Positions 41,271 through 55,454 of a stretch of DNA of 64,000 bases are shown piece after piece. The stretch lies in NCBI RefSeq assembly GCF_009914755.1, contig NC_060926.1. One strand, given 5' to 3'. The position numbers and the translations under genes are program-made. The DNA is from the human T2T-CHM13v2.0 reference genome, Homo sapiens. The notes beneath the pieces were generated by a model. The model did not search any database. It saw nothing but the letters and a program-made list of their open reading frames with translations, and was not told where the DNA came from. Each line of letters opens with the position of its first letter. Within the stretch, counting starts at the first letter, position 1.

Positions 41271-44200
41271 AGTTTCTCCTTTAATATGTGTAAAACTATT
41301 TAGTTTTTCTTCCCTCTAAGATACGTCTTTACTTATATTATTTATATTTTCTCTGTTTTTATTTCTTAACATTTCATAATTATGCAATAATTAAGGTCAT
41401 GTATCTTACTGACTTTAGTTTTAAATGTTAGCTTCTTTTAGTAATTTAACAATGTAATTGTACATTATTAAATGTATTTTATATATTAATGGTCAACCAT
41501 ATTCCTTTTGATGACTTATTTATTATTATGTGCTGCTAGAAATAATTTAGCATCTTGATTTTTATTTTTTTATATTCTCAAAATTCCTGTGTAAATAAAA
41601 GATCTTGTTATAATAACATTTTAAATCAAAGGACTATAAAAAAATGACTTTTCTGCTAAACAGTTTTGTTCTCTTCTATCAAATCAAAGCACTGTATAAC
41701 TTAACAGTCTTCCCATAATGTCTTGGTTGCTAGGAAGTTCAGAAAAAGCACATGCTTGAGTTATTTAGCTGTAGTCATACAATACCTGAGTTTTTATTGT
41801 AAACTAGTTTAAATAATATTTAAATGGTTAAAATAATAATTAGTTTTAATCTTTTTTATCATTTTAAATGTTCTCAGAGAGTCAAACACAGGGAAATATT
41901 GCCTCAAGCTCAAATAAATTCATGTTAGTTTTCTTATGTGTAAAACTTACAAAAAACACATTATAACCTGCTCAAGAACAATACAAAAAATAAGAAATTC
42001 AGAGAAGAGAAAAATTAATATAAGTTATTTGAGAATTTTATGAATTCAAACATGAAACTTTTAAATCTACTTTTCCTTTTATCTGCTCAATTATTTCACC
42101 AAAGGAAATATTTTTAAGCTTATTTGTATGCTTCTCCCTCTGTTCAGTTTGTAAGCAAAGTTAATTTGGAAGAAATGTGCTCATATATATATATATATAT
42201 GAGCAGAATGGCTTTTGTTAGCTATCTGTTATTTTAATCTTTGTAGATGAATTTATACAATGAGGCAGGTAGGAGAGGTGGCTGCTGGCCTTTTGATAAA
42301 TTCTATCTGATGCCTAAAAATTGAAAGTTTCTAGGAAATGTTAAATCAATCCATCAGTATCAGTATCTCATGCTGAAGGGACACCAGTTATTTTCTGGAT
42401 GAATACACTAGTTGCCCTAGATACTGACCATTATTCTTCTGTAAGAACACATCTCTTTTCAGACAGTCTGGCTTCAGTAATACTTTAATTTGCAAGACTA
42501 ACCAAGCTGAACCATCACTGAAATGTATGTGGACTTAAATCAAAGGAATTGTGTAAGAAATAAACACTATTAAGCCTACTGCAATATCATTCCTATCTTA
42601 CTGGATAGGAATATCAGTTACCCTGGATAGCTGAGGCCTTCAAAATAGCAAAATTTTGATTTTGGCCTTTTCTTTTTTTTAAGCTCTTTGTTTTTTTCAT
42701 TTTATTCAGAGCATCCTTTTTATAATTTGTCTTTTAGTTTATTTACTCGTATACTCATTTCTTCAGTGAATTTTGCTGAACATAGCAATGCATCAGACTT
42801 TGGGTATATTGCTTTTGGAGATACAAAGATGAAAAACAAATTGCCTTTCTTTAGATGTTATTATTCCTACAAAAGAGGAAATGAGGCAACTTATGATTAA
42901 TTATATAGTTATCATTCATGTTTATACAAATGTGTATGTGTGTAGTGAATGTAGTTACACAATTTTAAACTTGGTTTATTTTTTAAATTTCATAATTCAA
43001 GGGGGGATTTACAAGAATTAACGTTTTAACTCCTCAAAATGCATCCTATGAGGCATAAACTATTAGTCATATTCTACAGCAGAAATTAAGGTGTAGAAGG
43101 ATTAAGAAATGTCCTCAGCTTACTAAACAACAGGTCTTATATCTAAGTTTCAAATTCATGTCTAAACAATCTAAGTTTATTAATTTCTCCCACATCATAC
43201 TGCTTCCTGAAAAGCAGTATGTTCTATTTTACTACCAAGACTGCCTCCATGTCTAAAATATTCAAGATGTGGCACCATCTTCTTATGTATATGAATGTGT
43301 TATAAAATATATATCAAATGGCTGATCTTAGAGTTGGAAAATAATTTTAAGTCTAGCCCAAAATGTCAAATCTGAGATTCAAAAAGATTAAAATAATTGC
43401 TCAAGATCACACAGTTTTTTTGAACCAGTCCAACACTGAAACAATGTTATCTAACACTAATTTTAGTTTTCTTTTCACTTATTTCTTATTCTCACTTAGA
43501 CACCTATATTTGGCAATGTCATATATTCATATAAACTTTATTATATACTCTGTGATCCCATCTACACATTATCATTAAAGACAATAAAATTTAGACAACA
43601 CAATCAACCATCTTTATTTTCATAATCTTTATTTCCCTTAGGTGGAAAATCAGTGATTTCAATGTCTTTGGCCTGCAGCTCATGCCATATCATGTGTGTT
43701 TAATAAGTCTTTAATAAGTCTTATTCCTGTTTAAATTCATTGGCAATGCAAGGGCCTTGTTTTACAGACTTATAGAACATAAATCAGCTTAGATCTTTAA
43801 AAGTGTCTTTAAAAAAACACAAATAGATGTTTCCCTTTTTTTCTATTCTGAATGTCTAAAAATCTATGAGCACACTAACTTATGCTCCTAGAAAAATGGA
43901 CTAGACAGACATTTCTTGATCCTTATGTACAACTTAAAACTCTAGAAATTATACATAAAACAAACATAAGGTGACTATAAAAGTAGAGAGAAAAAGCAAC
44001 CCAGCTGGGTATCTTGGGACCAAGAAATTCCATGGAAGTGTGTTTCCTAAGTGTCATTTTGTCTCATATATCTCAGACTCAAATCGTATAAGCTGGCAAC
44101 CCAGAAATGGCAACATACACAGAAAAAATAAAAATAATAATCTGCTCTCTCTAGCTAAAAGACCAGGAAAGAAACAACCTAGCAAGCACAGCAGAAAACT

Positions 44201-44416
44201 TTACTATAGCCAGCCACCACAGGAAAAAGGCTGTGACACACCCACACCAGCAAAGGCCAAGTGGGGATCCTGGGCTTCCACACACCCCTGATGGTAATGA
44301 AGTGTCCACCCCTTCTCTGCTGAGGTGGTGTCAGAAGCAGCTCACTGGAGGGTCAGGACTTCCACCATCATCCTCTAGGTGACACTGTAGAGGCCATCTA
44401 GGTAGCCTGAACTCCC

Positions 44417-44476
44417 ACTCTTCATCCAGTAGCACAGAGGAGTCCCAATTTCATCTCTGGTGCCAATGAATGCTGA
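44417..44476 (-). ncRNA. MIR7157: pre-miRNA hairpin, MIR7157 (intronic, sense to LRP1B)
   Basis: Minus strand reads UCAGCAUUCAUUGGCACCAGAGA (44476-44454), a 15-nt loop, then UCUGUGCUACUGGAUGAAGAGU (44438-44417). The arms pair by hand into an imperfect stem with a 2-nt 3' overhang and match recalled miR-7157-5p/-3p; MIR7157 is recalled as lying in LRP1B. Confidence 0.85.
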
Positions 44477-45204
44477 ATGGGGGACCTGCTACTCCGATAG
44501 GGTAGCACCCCTCACTTTCCCCTCCTAGACCGATGTCAGGGAAAGACAGTTAAAAACAGAAGGGTTGAAAATACGGAGATACATGCAGTAGAACATGTTC
44601 AAGTTCAAACAAAATTACTCATCATACCGAGAACTAGGAAGATTTCAAAGAGACTGAAAAAATCACAACTAATAGATGCCAACACCAAGATGACAGGGGT
44701 GTAAAAATTATCTGAAAAAGATTTAAAAGTAGCTATAATAAAATTTTTTTAAAAATAAAGGCTTTAGGAAAGAAATGGAAAATCTCAGTAAAAAAAATAG
44801 AAGAAAGAAACCGGAACAAAATGGAAATTTTAGAACTGAACGTAAAATAACTTAAATAAAAAGTTCAGTGAATAAACTCAACAGCAGAATGGAGGAAATG
44901 GAAGATGTGTCAGTAAACTAAAAAGTAGAATAATAGAAAATAGCCAGTCACAACAACAAAGAAAAAGCAGAAAGAAAGAAAACTGAACGAAGCTCCAGTG
45001 ACCTGTGAGACTATAGTAAAAGACCTAACATTCATGTCAAAGAGTCCTACAAGGAGAGGAGAAAGCGTGGGGCTAAAAAGGACTTGAAAAATGTCAAGGC
45101 TGAAAACCACCAATCTGGCAAGAGACATATACCTACAGATTCGAGAAGCAGACTAAAGCTCAGAGACTATAAACCCAAGACGCATCATAATTTAACTTCT
45201 GAAA

Positions 45205-45590
45205 TTGTGATTTGTGACAACATGGGTGAACTTGGAGTACATTATGCTAAATGAAATGAGCCAGACACAGAAAGACAAATACTTCATGAGCTCACACGTG
45301 GTATCTAAAAAGTCAGACTCTTATTAGTAGAGAGTAGAATAGTAGCTACCAAAGGCTGGAGTGAAGATGGGATGGGGAATAAGATGTTGGTCAAAGGATA
45401 CAAATTTCCAGTTAGACACGAGAAATTAACTTTGGAGATAAATAGCACAAAAATTAGTAAGTACATGGGTGTTATGATTAACATGTTAATTAGCCTGAAG
45501 AATCATTCCACAATACATACATATATCAAAACATCACCTTGTACTCCTGAGATATACACAATTATTATTTGCTGATTAAAAATAAAAATA
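45205..45590 (+). mobile_element. Nested L1MA 3' fragment
   Basis: L1MA 3'UTR motifs; 11-bp TSD aacttctgaaa (45194-45204 / 45591-45601). Confidence 0.88.
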
Positions 45591-46475
45591 AACTTCTGAA
45601 AACTAGAGACAAGAAGCAAATCTTAATAGCAGCGAGGGGGAAATGACATGTTACATAGAAGAAAACAATTTTAATAATAATAGATATCTCATCAGAAATC
45701 ACAGAGAACAGAAAGAAGTGGCCCAATATTTCTCAAATATGAAATGAAAACTGTCAACCCAGTGACCTATGCCAAGTGAAAATATCAGAAATAAAGAGAA
45801 CATCAAAACAGTCTCAGATGAAAGGAAATTAAGATAATATGCCACAACAGATGGCAAAGAATGGACAAAAGGAATTTTCGAAAGCAATAGGGAAGTAAGC
45901 AATTAAAGAAGAAGCCTGTGAACATCAAGAAAAAAGAAAGAACACTGTGAGCAAAAATACGGGTACATAAAAGTAGGCTTTCCTTATACTGAGTTTTCTA
46001 AGTTGTTTGATGGTTGAAGCAAAAAAAATCTAACACTGTTGTGTGCAGAGTAAATCTTGAAGATAATTATATTACAAACAGGGGAGGCTAAAGAAACATA
46101 AAGGGATGTAAAGTTTCTATGCTTCGCTTTACTGGGTAAATGGTGATGCTTGTAGACTGATAAGTAATGAATATATACTGCAGTACCTAAAGCAACTGCT
46201 AAAAAAGTTAGACAGAGAATATACCTGACGACACTATAGATATATGAAAGACATTTTGTAGATGTGGATAGATTATTCTAAAACTTATGCAAAATGGCAA
46301 AGAAAATAAAATAACTAAAATAACTTTGAAAATCAAGGCTGTGTGTTATTGACAGAGTGGCAAACTCATTAAATAAATGGAAAAGAACAGGGAACCCCAA
46401 TATAGACACCTACAATTATGCCCAAATGATTTTTGAAAAAAGTATACAAGCAATTAGAGAAAAGATGGACATCCA

Positions 46476-47006
<531 letters not shown>

Positions 47007-48023
47007 TCAGCATAAATCTCATGTGAAAAGAATGGAAAAACAAACTACAAAGTGGGGGAAAATATTTACAAACCACATAGCCAACAAAAAAGTATCATCT
47101 AGAATATATAAATAACTCATAAACTGTAAGTGGGAATGTAAAATGGTACAGTCATTCTGGAAAGCAGTTTGTCAGTTTCTTAAAAAAAAACTAAACAAGC
47201 CACTAATGTATGACCCAGTGATTGAACTCTTAGACATTTATTACAGAGAGTGAAGAATTATGTTCATTCTAGAATCAGTACACAGATATTCATGAAAGCT
47301 TCATTCACAATAGCCAAACACTAGAAACCGCCCTGATGACTTTCAACAAGTGAATAAAGATACTGTGGCTTATTCATATCATAGATACTACTCAGCAGGA
47401 AAGAGAACAGACTAGTCATATTTGCAACAACCTGAATGAATCTCCAGAGAATTTTACTGAATGGAAAGGGTCAGTCCCTAAAGGAAATGCACTATATAAT
47501 TCCATTATATAAGTTTCTTAAAGTTTCTTTATAAAGAAGTTATAAAGTTTCTTTACAAAGTTTCTATGTAAGTTTCTTAAAGTGACAAAGTTATGGAAGT
47601 GGAAAACAAATTAGTGGTTGCAGGTGATTAAGAAAGGAGTGGGAAAGAAGGGAAGTGTGCACAGCTATGCAAAAAAGCAACATGTGGGATCATTGGAATG
47701 AAGGAAATGTTCTGTATCTTGACCACATAAGTGTCTATACCCTGGTTGTGAGATTGTACTATACTTTTCCAAGATGTAATCATTAGGGAAAACTGGGTAA
47801 AGAGTACACTTGATCCTTCTGTATTACTTTGTACAACTTCATGTGAATCTACAGTTATCTCCAAATAAAAATGTTTAATTAAAAATTCATAAGCACAAAT
47901 GCATATGTCGTCCTTCACTCATTAATATTTGTTATCTGTTCTAGAAATGCACACAGGTAAAAACAAATCACTTATAATTTCACAACCTAAAGGCTTCTAT
48001 TAACAATTTTGGGAATTTTTAAA

Positions 48024-48146
48024 TGTGTATATATATATACATAATATATAATGTATATATGTATATATATCTATATATGCATATATAATATATATTTATA
48101 TGTAATATATAATGTATACAAATGTGTGTGTATATATATATATATA
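48024..48146. repeat. Degenerate (TA)n-rich tract
   Basis: Seen directly in the sequence. Confidence 0.85.
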
Positions 48147-48183
48147 GATGAATGCTTTTTTCCTATAGAAAATGATTTATAGT

Positions 48184-48594
48184 GGCTATGGACTGAACTG
48201 TGCCTCCTTGCAAAATTTACATGTTGAAGCCCTGACTCCCAATATGACTGTACTTGGAGACATGACCATTAAGGAGATAATTAAGATTAAATAAGGTCAT
48301 AAGGGTAGGTTACTAATTTTATAGAATTTGTGGCCTAGATCTCTTTCTCTCTCTCTCTCTCTCTCTCTCCCCAGCCCCCAACCCAGTCCCCATGCACATC
48401 AAGGGAAGGCCACGTGAAGACACAGTGAGAAGATGACCATCCATAAGCCAGGAAAAGAGGCCCTCACCAACCTGACTATGCTGGCACCCTGATGTCAGAA
48501 TTCCAGCCTCTAGAACTGTGAGAAAGTAAATTTCTGTTTTTTAAGCCACCCAGTCTAAAGTATTGTGTTATGGCAAACAGAGCACACTAAGACA
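48184..48594 (+). mobile_element. MLT1A0/MLT1B-like MaLR solo LTR with internal (CT)n
   Basis: gctatggactgaactgtg start; ttaagccacccagtct...ctaagaca end. Confidence 0.85.
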
Positions 48595-49309
48595 ACAGCA
48601 TTCATTTTTTCATTCAAGAAATATTTTTATACATCTAGCCTGAGAGACAGCATATTAAAGTGTTCACTCTACGCTTATCACTTAATGTATACTAAATCTC
48701 CCCATGGAAAAATATGTTTTACATGATAATTTTTAATGGATTAATAGAATTCATAGACTTGCTGTATTCTTTACTTTTATCACATTTCTATTTAGTCACT
48801 TACTGTTCTAAAGATTAGAAAGTTATAAAGATCATTTTTAAATAAATTAGAAAGTTATTAAGGTCTGATTATAATTTGAATAACTATTCATGCCCAAGAA
48901 TACTTAAAATATACTGAAATCAATATTGGACATAATAGTCTGAATATTGAATGATGCCTCCTGAATTCAGAAAAATGTCAAAGACAACAAAACGTCCGAT
49001 ATCCAGCAGCTTCTCAGAATTTAGTAGATAATGGGCTTTTTTATAATATACTTGATTGCAATGTCCATCATGTAAAAGGTACTGGATATATACAGTTCTA
49101 TCTATTCAATTGGCTGATCTGTTAAAATTAAAGTCCAGAGAAGTCTTATGCTGACAGTTAGGTACTCTGCTTCTTGTCTATGATTTATCCAGCTATTGAC
49201 AGACCCAACATCCCATGTATTTGAGGCATGTGAGACAGAATAGAAAGATCACTGCTGTCAGGAGAACTTTCTTCATATCTCCCTTTAAGACAATTACCCA
49301 TCTTATTGG

Positions 49310-49990
49310 CTCTCAATCAAGGCAGTCCTATTCCTTCTACGACTTTGGAAAATGTTGGCAGCATTTTTGCTTAATAGGAGTGGGGTAAGGTGGGGATGAT
49401 AGCTATATAGTCTAGTGGTAAAGAACCAGGAATCTGGATGCCCTGCAATACACGGAGTAGTTCTGTACAACGACTTGTCTGAGACTCTGCCCAGGTTTCA
49501 AATGTCCTACAAGATATTCTCAAAGGTGAAAACCTGCTTATAATTATCTGATCCTAGAATTTAATTCCATTTTACATATATACATAAGTATTTCAGGAGA
49601 TTTAATATATACTTATTATTTTTCAGGGACCATAACTTCTATGTAAATTGAGAGATGACTTTATCTCATTTTGTATACAACATTTTCAAGAACTCATCAT
49701 CAGTTTTGAAAATCCTATCACCCAAGTCAGCACTACTCTCAGTATTTGAGTAGTAAAACCTACTTGATATGTATCTGCCTTCACAGCTGTCACATTCATG
49801 ATGAGTCTATGCATGTGAAAATATCTGACCACTTTCTCATGTTTCCTTTGATCATTTAGTGTGTACTGGGACATGTATCATTCATTGTAAATTACTTTTT
49901 CTATATATCTCCTTTATATTATAGTTCAGGTACTAAATAGAACTTGGAAAAGTTATTTATAAAGGCAGATATAATATAAAATTTTATTAG
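49310..49990. mobile_element. hAT-Charlie relic (MER20B-like)
   Basis: ccctgcaatacacgg...gtgaaaacctgcttataattatctga...ccattttacatata resembles recalled Charlie-family consensus. Confidence 0.45.
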
Positions 49991-50544
49991 AACAGAAATA
50001 AGGATATTAAGTTTTTAAATTAAAAATAAAGATCACTGGCTCTAATAGAGAGTTAAGAACCATAATTGGCATTAAATATTAGACATAGTAACATTAGAAA
50101 TTAATTTACCTTTTCTGGGCCTGTTTCCTAATCTGTGAAATAATGCTGGTTTATTCCAGTTAATGGTGGAAAGGTTTTCAGTTCATTGAAATGGATGCTT
50201 ATACTTATACTTTAATTTTTAAATCAAATATTTCCTTTTTTTTTTTAGAAGTTGACACTCATCTTCTTTCTTGTCTTTGGTGATGGCAAATGGTTTTGAC
50301 TTGGGTAAGCATTTCAAACCTATGTTGTGAGAAAATTCACTTTTCTGGGCATCAAAACTTATTCTGTAAGTTTCAGAGTTCAGGCCCTTGAACGTCATTA
50401 AAACTATATTATCAATAAAAGAAGACAGCGTAGATATATAGATAAGAAAGATAGAAGATAGGTAAATATATAGATGCATATAGATGATAAGTTGATGCCT
50501 TGATTTATTTATGGAATAAAACAACTGATTTTAAAAGTAGAAAG

Positions 50545-50723
50545 ATAGAGAGACCCCCATCACTACTCAAAGTAAAAAATTAGCCAAGTATGGTGGTTCA
50601 GGCTTGTAGTCCCAACTACTTAGGAGGCCAAAGTGGGAGGATCATTTGAGCCCAGGGTTAGAGGGCTACAGTGAGCCTTGATCACAACACTGAACTCCAG
50701 CCTGGATGACAAAGTGAGATCCT

Positions 50724-50760
<37 letters not shown>

Positions 50761-50762
50761 AC
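50545..50762 (+). mobile_element. 5'-truncated AluJ/FRAM-like monomer with (AC)n tail
   Basis: Right-arm Alu; TSD aaagtagaaag (50534-50544 / 50763-50773); (AC)n at 50725-50762. Confidence 0.9.
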
Positions 50763-51771
50763 AAAGTAGAAAGGAAATATTTAGTGCCATAAAAAGATAA
50801 AATATCTCATTACTTTCTGATTGTTCTTAGAATTAAAACTAGTTTATTTATTTAACTTGCTCTCCTATTCTTACTTAAAAGAGTTCATGTAATCAGAGCA
50901 TGTTTATTTAGGGGTCAAGTTAGTCATAAAAATCCTTTTCATTCTAAAGAAAAGTCATAAGATTTAAGATTTCTTCCTGGGAATATATTCCTTAAACAAT
51001 CTTGGATTCAGTTTTTAAAAGAATGTCAGTGGTAAGAAACATGAGCAATTCCAATTTCTAGGAACATAAATATCTCTTTTGGAAAGGTTTGTATCATGCA
51101 GGTAGCACATACTTTCCAAGAAATGATTAACACTTACAGGGTAACTGCAGGGAGATAGGTTATAATCATGCTGTCTTAGCCCCTGTCAACATGATTTATT
51201 GTTTCAGCTACTGGAACGAACAGAGATGATGATAGATACAAAACAGAAAAAATTAAAAAGAAACATTACAGAATTATTTTCTGGATTTTTTTGCCTTAAT
51301 AACTAAATTTCCCAAAAACATTCAGTTTCCTATCACTGAATAAAGAATGCATTCCTCGATATTTAGGTAGAACCACCACATAAGTTAATGTGTTATTAAA
51401 ATCAGAAAAACCCAGCCAATCATATTATTTTTATCAATGCAAGTCAAAATTGAACTGTGCGGACTTGTATTTTATTGTGACCACATTCTAAGATAAAATA
51501 GAATAATAAAACTCGACATTCAGTTTGATAGAAAAAAACTAATGGGTTTATTAAACTTCAGATTAAAAAAATCAAAAAATAAAAATGTATTTAAAAAACA
51601 CTTTTTTGATTTATTTTTGCTGTTTGAAAGGATCTGTTTCTCTGGTCTACTGATAAGCAATGGGTTATATAATATTTATATGATAAATATGAGTTGTAAG
51701 TGTGAGTTGTAAATAGTGTATCAGCATTTTTCAAATCTCTACAAACACATGCCCATGACACATCATGTTAA

Positions 51772-52056
<285 letters not shown>

Positions 52057-52879
52057 CATGTTAAAAAAATTAAAACAAACAAGCAAAAATCATCTGTTTT
52101 CTGATCAGAACAAAGCTACATGCTGTTTTCCATTCAGAATATTCATAATGTTCACGAGCATATTAAAAGCTTTAAGATGTAATGCAATGACTAAGCCTAT
52201 CAGACTTTGTTTAAAACATAGTTTTGAAAATTTACTTGACTATGGTCTAATTCCTAAAGATATTCAAAAGAAGGAACACTTTTCCAACAGGCTTTGGAAG
52301 ACCCACTTCATCATACTGCATTCGAGGGCACACAAGGTCTAAATTTATAAGAATCTCTCCAACACTTTAAAATCAATTAACTTAAATATAGGTTACTTCT
52401 TTCTCATTAAAGATACACTGTATCTAATATTCCAGATTATGATGTCTAGCTTCTTTCTAATCTTTTCACTCCCCTGGGGATATCTGATTTCCCTACTCTT
52501 GAGATTGCCTTCTGCTATCACTTGCTTTACCCAAAGTTAGAAAATATGCAATTATGCAAAATAAATGTTCCCTTCTGTAACTGTCACTTTTCCAGCACTC
52601 CTTTTTATTGTATTGCTTCAGCATTTTTTGACATTATAGAATGAACGATGTTTTGCGTCTCTTCTTATATTTCATGGTGACTATTTTAAGTCTTTTATAG
52701 AATCCTTCAATCTTCGTAACTATACTTTCTATTTCCTAAATATCATTCTTTCTAAATCTATAGTTTTTACCTGTCACACATTTCTTCAGTGCCTTTTACA
52801 GTGTACTCCAAAATATAAAAATGGAATTTATCCTGTTGTTTTGCAGATCTACTTAAAAATAAAATATAAATTGAATATA

Positions 52880-52881
<2 letters not shown>

Positions 52882-52936
<55 letters not shown>
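52882..52936. repeat. Perfect (TA)27 microsatellite
   Basis: 55 nt of uninterrupted alternating T/A. Confidence 0.97.
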
Positions 52937-52939
<3 letters not shown>

Positions 52940-53485
52940 TATGGTTGCCCAAAGGGAATAAAATAAGGAGTAGAAAAAAATAGGAGTAATATTTTGTTAT
53001 AGCAGCTTGAATGGACTACAACAATTGACAATGCTTTCATTTCATGTAGTAAGTGGAAGTCACTGGTTCCTGTGAACACTGGCATGTGTTAGATTATCTG
53101 CTCTTTTCAAGGCGAACTAACAATAACAGTTGGATTTCAAGGCAAATCTAGGTACAAGCACACTAAATGATAGTGCTGTTTATAAAGGTCCCATTTATAA
53201 AAGAACACCCTGTGTATGAATTTTTGGCTTTTCAGAACAAGGAAAGATTGAGAATTAAAATATTGAGAATTATCATTAAAATGTCGCAGATTTAATTCCA
53301 TATCATTAATTATCTTTGAGCATATGTTTTACTTCCTCAACTAGATATGGGGACAAAGAACGTTTATTTTACCTTTTTGAATTAACAATGACTTCTGCTA
53401 ATTTCCACAAAATTAGAGAACATCACAATTATGTTGATTTTAGCTGTCATTTGTTTTTACAACTAAATTAATTATAAAGTATAAG

Positions 53486-53577
53486 AGCTTTGATTCCCAC
53501 TAGTATGCATTATACCATGTAATAAACAAAACATGCACATGTACTCCCTGAATCTAAAATAAAATTACATTTTTAAA
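53486..53577 (+). mobile_element. L1PB-like 3' tip
   Basis: ccatgtaa...tgcacatgtactccctgaatctaaaataaaa; imperfect TSD aaagtataag / aaagcataag. Confidence 0.7.
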
Positions 53578-54509
53578 AAAGCATAAGGATTTTAAATGAC
53601 TTGGTAATGTTCATGCAATTAGTCAATACCAAATGTGAGGATTAAATTTAACATTGCATAAAAAGTATAATTTTTAAAGAAGTAAACTTCCAACTTTCAT
53701 TCTAGTATTTATTTTGTAAAATTATCTTTACTAATAATTACAGAATATGAATTTAATAAATATTAATTTCTGAAATGAATAATAAGCATTTAGTCTTCCC
53801 CTTCCCTGATTGCACTATTTGTCACACAGCTAAGCAATGGGTATATCTAAACATGAAAGTGAAAAGAATACTAAAAGCAAAGAGAAAATTCTTATATAAC
53901 AGGCCATAGTAGAGTTGCTGTAACATCTGTCTAAGGCTTCAGAATATCTATTAAACAGTTTTAGACACAAAGTTATAATAAAGGTCCTTGCAATGGTGTG
54001 AGGGTGCAATAGTGATCTTTCTCTTTTAAAAGAGCTTTGATGACCCCAGCTTCAAATGATTAGCTTGTCTTGACATAATGGCGAAAACTATGTAAAGAGT
54101 ATTTCAAAAAGATTACGCAGAAGCTCTATGTCTCTATTAGAGAGCAGTTTTAAAGGGGATAATGTGTCACTTAGAGTTGGATGCTGTTCATTTTCTTCCC
54201 TGTCGATTTTACTGATGTTCTTAAAATGTGTATCAAAGTAATGTGATGTCTGCTGACAAGTTGAGTAAATCTACTTGGTTTACTACGTAAATCAGCAGAA
54301 CTTCAAATTTTACTAGGCATAGTTTCATATTCAGTAATGAATTGAAATATTTACTGTGCAAAGTGTTTATGGGTAACATATTAAAGATATGTGAGGAAGA
54401 AGGAGAGAACAAATGTATTGCTAATTGCAAGGCATGAGGAAGTGGTCATGTTTTGTACACTTAGTTGGGTCCTTTTTAAGTGTTTTCAAATTTAGCATGA
54501 TGGTTTGCA

Positions 54510-54725
54510 CAGGCGCTGAAGTGAGATCACCAGGGGTAGAATCACCTTCCTGCTACGTATGTGGCTAGGTGTTCCCGAACAAGTACTAAACTTCTTTGTG
54601 CCTCATTTTCTTCATCTGCAAATGGGGATCATCATAATAATGCCTTCCATGGGGAGGGCTATAAAAACATGAAATATAAAGTGCTTGGCACAGTATCTAG
54701 AACACAATTAGCAATCAGTGATTTA
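54510..54725 (+). mobile_element. MIR
   Basis: cttctttgtgcctcattttcttcatctgcaaatgggga...taaagtgcttggcacagt core. Confidence 0.75.
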
Positions 54726-55454
54726 GCTAGTAGGGCGATTAGTAAATTGATACAGTCTGAAGTCTTAATAAATCTGCACAAAGTCTTTAAAACAGTCCAT
54801 AAATAGTCCCTAAATTAACTTTTGCAAAATAAAGAATTTTTAAAATGTATTGCTCATTTTATTAACAAAAATATTAACTTTTAAAAATTAATTTGAATTC
54901 ATATGAGGATAAAGATGAGGTAATCTAGATGCATGTAAGAATGCAGTAAACTTTGAAATAGTTTTCTAACTTCGGGGCCCAATCAGAAATCATCCTGCCT
55001 TGGACAGGGATGGAAAATGATGAGTTGCAATTAAACAATGCACATCTTTTAACTGTCAGAAAAAATCCTTTAAATTATGTTAGTGCTATCTTATTACTCG
55101 ACCACTTACTGTAGCTATAATTACCATACATAAGAATAAATGGGTGGGGAAGTGCAAAATAGGTATATACAAAAATCAATTGAGGAGAATGAGTTATAAA
55201 CTCATTTTTTTCAATATCATGACATAATAAAAAATGACACCACATTCAGGACAATGTTTTACCTGTCTTTTCAAAAGCATTATATACTAGGTTTATTTAG
55301 AATTTCTATGCTGCATTCTGAGTCATATACTTTTGCATTATATCTTCATAATTGCCCTGAAAGAAAATTTGCATGTCAGAAATCTAAAGTTTATAAAGGC
55401 TAAATAATTTGCCTAAGGTCAATTCAATCTTCAACTGAATTAAACAGTGTGCTT

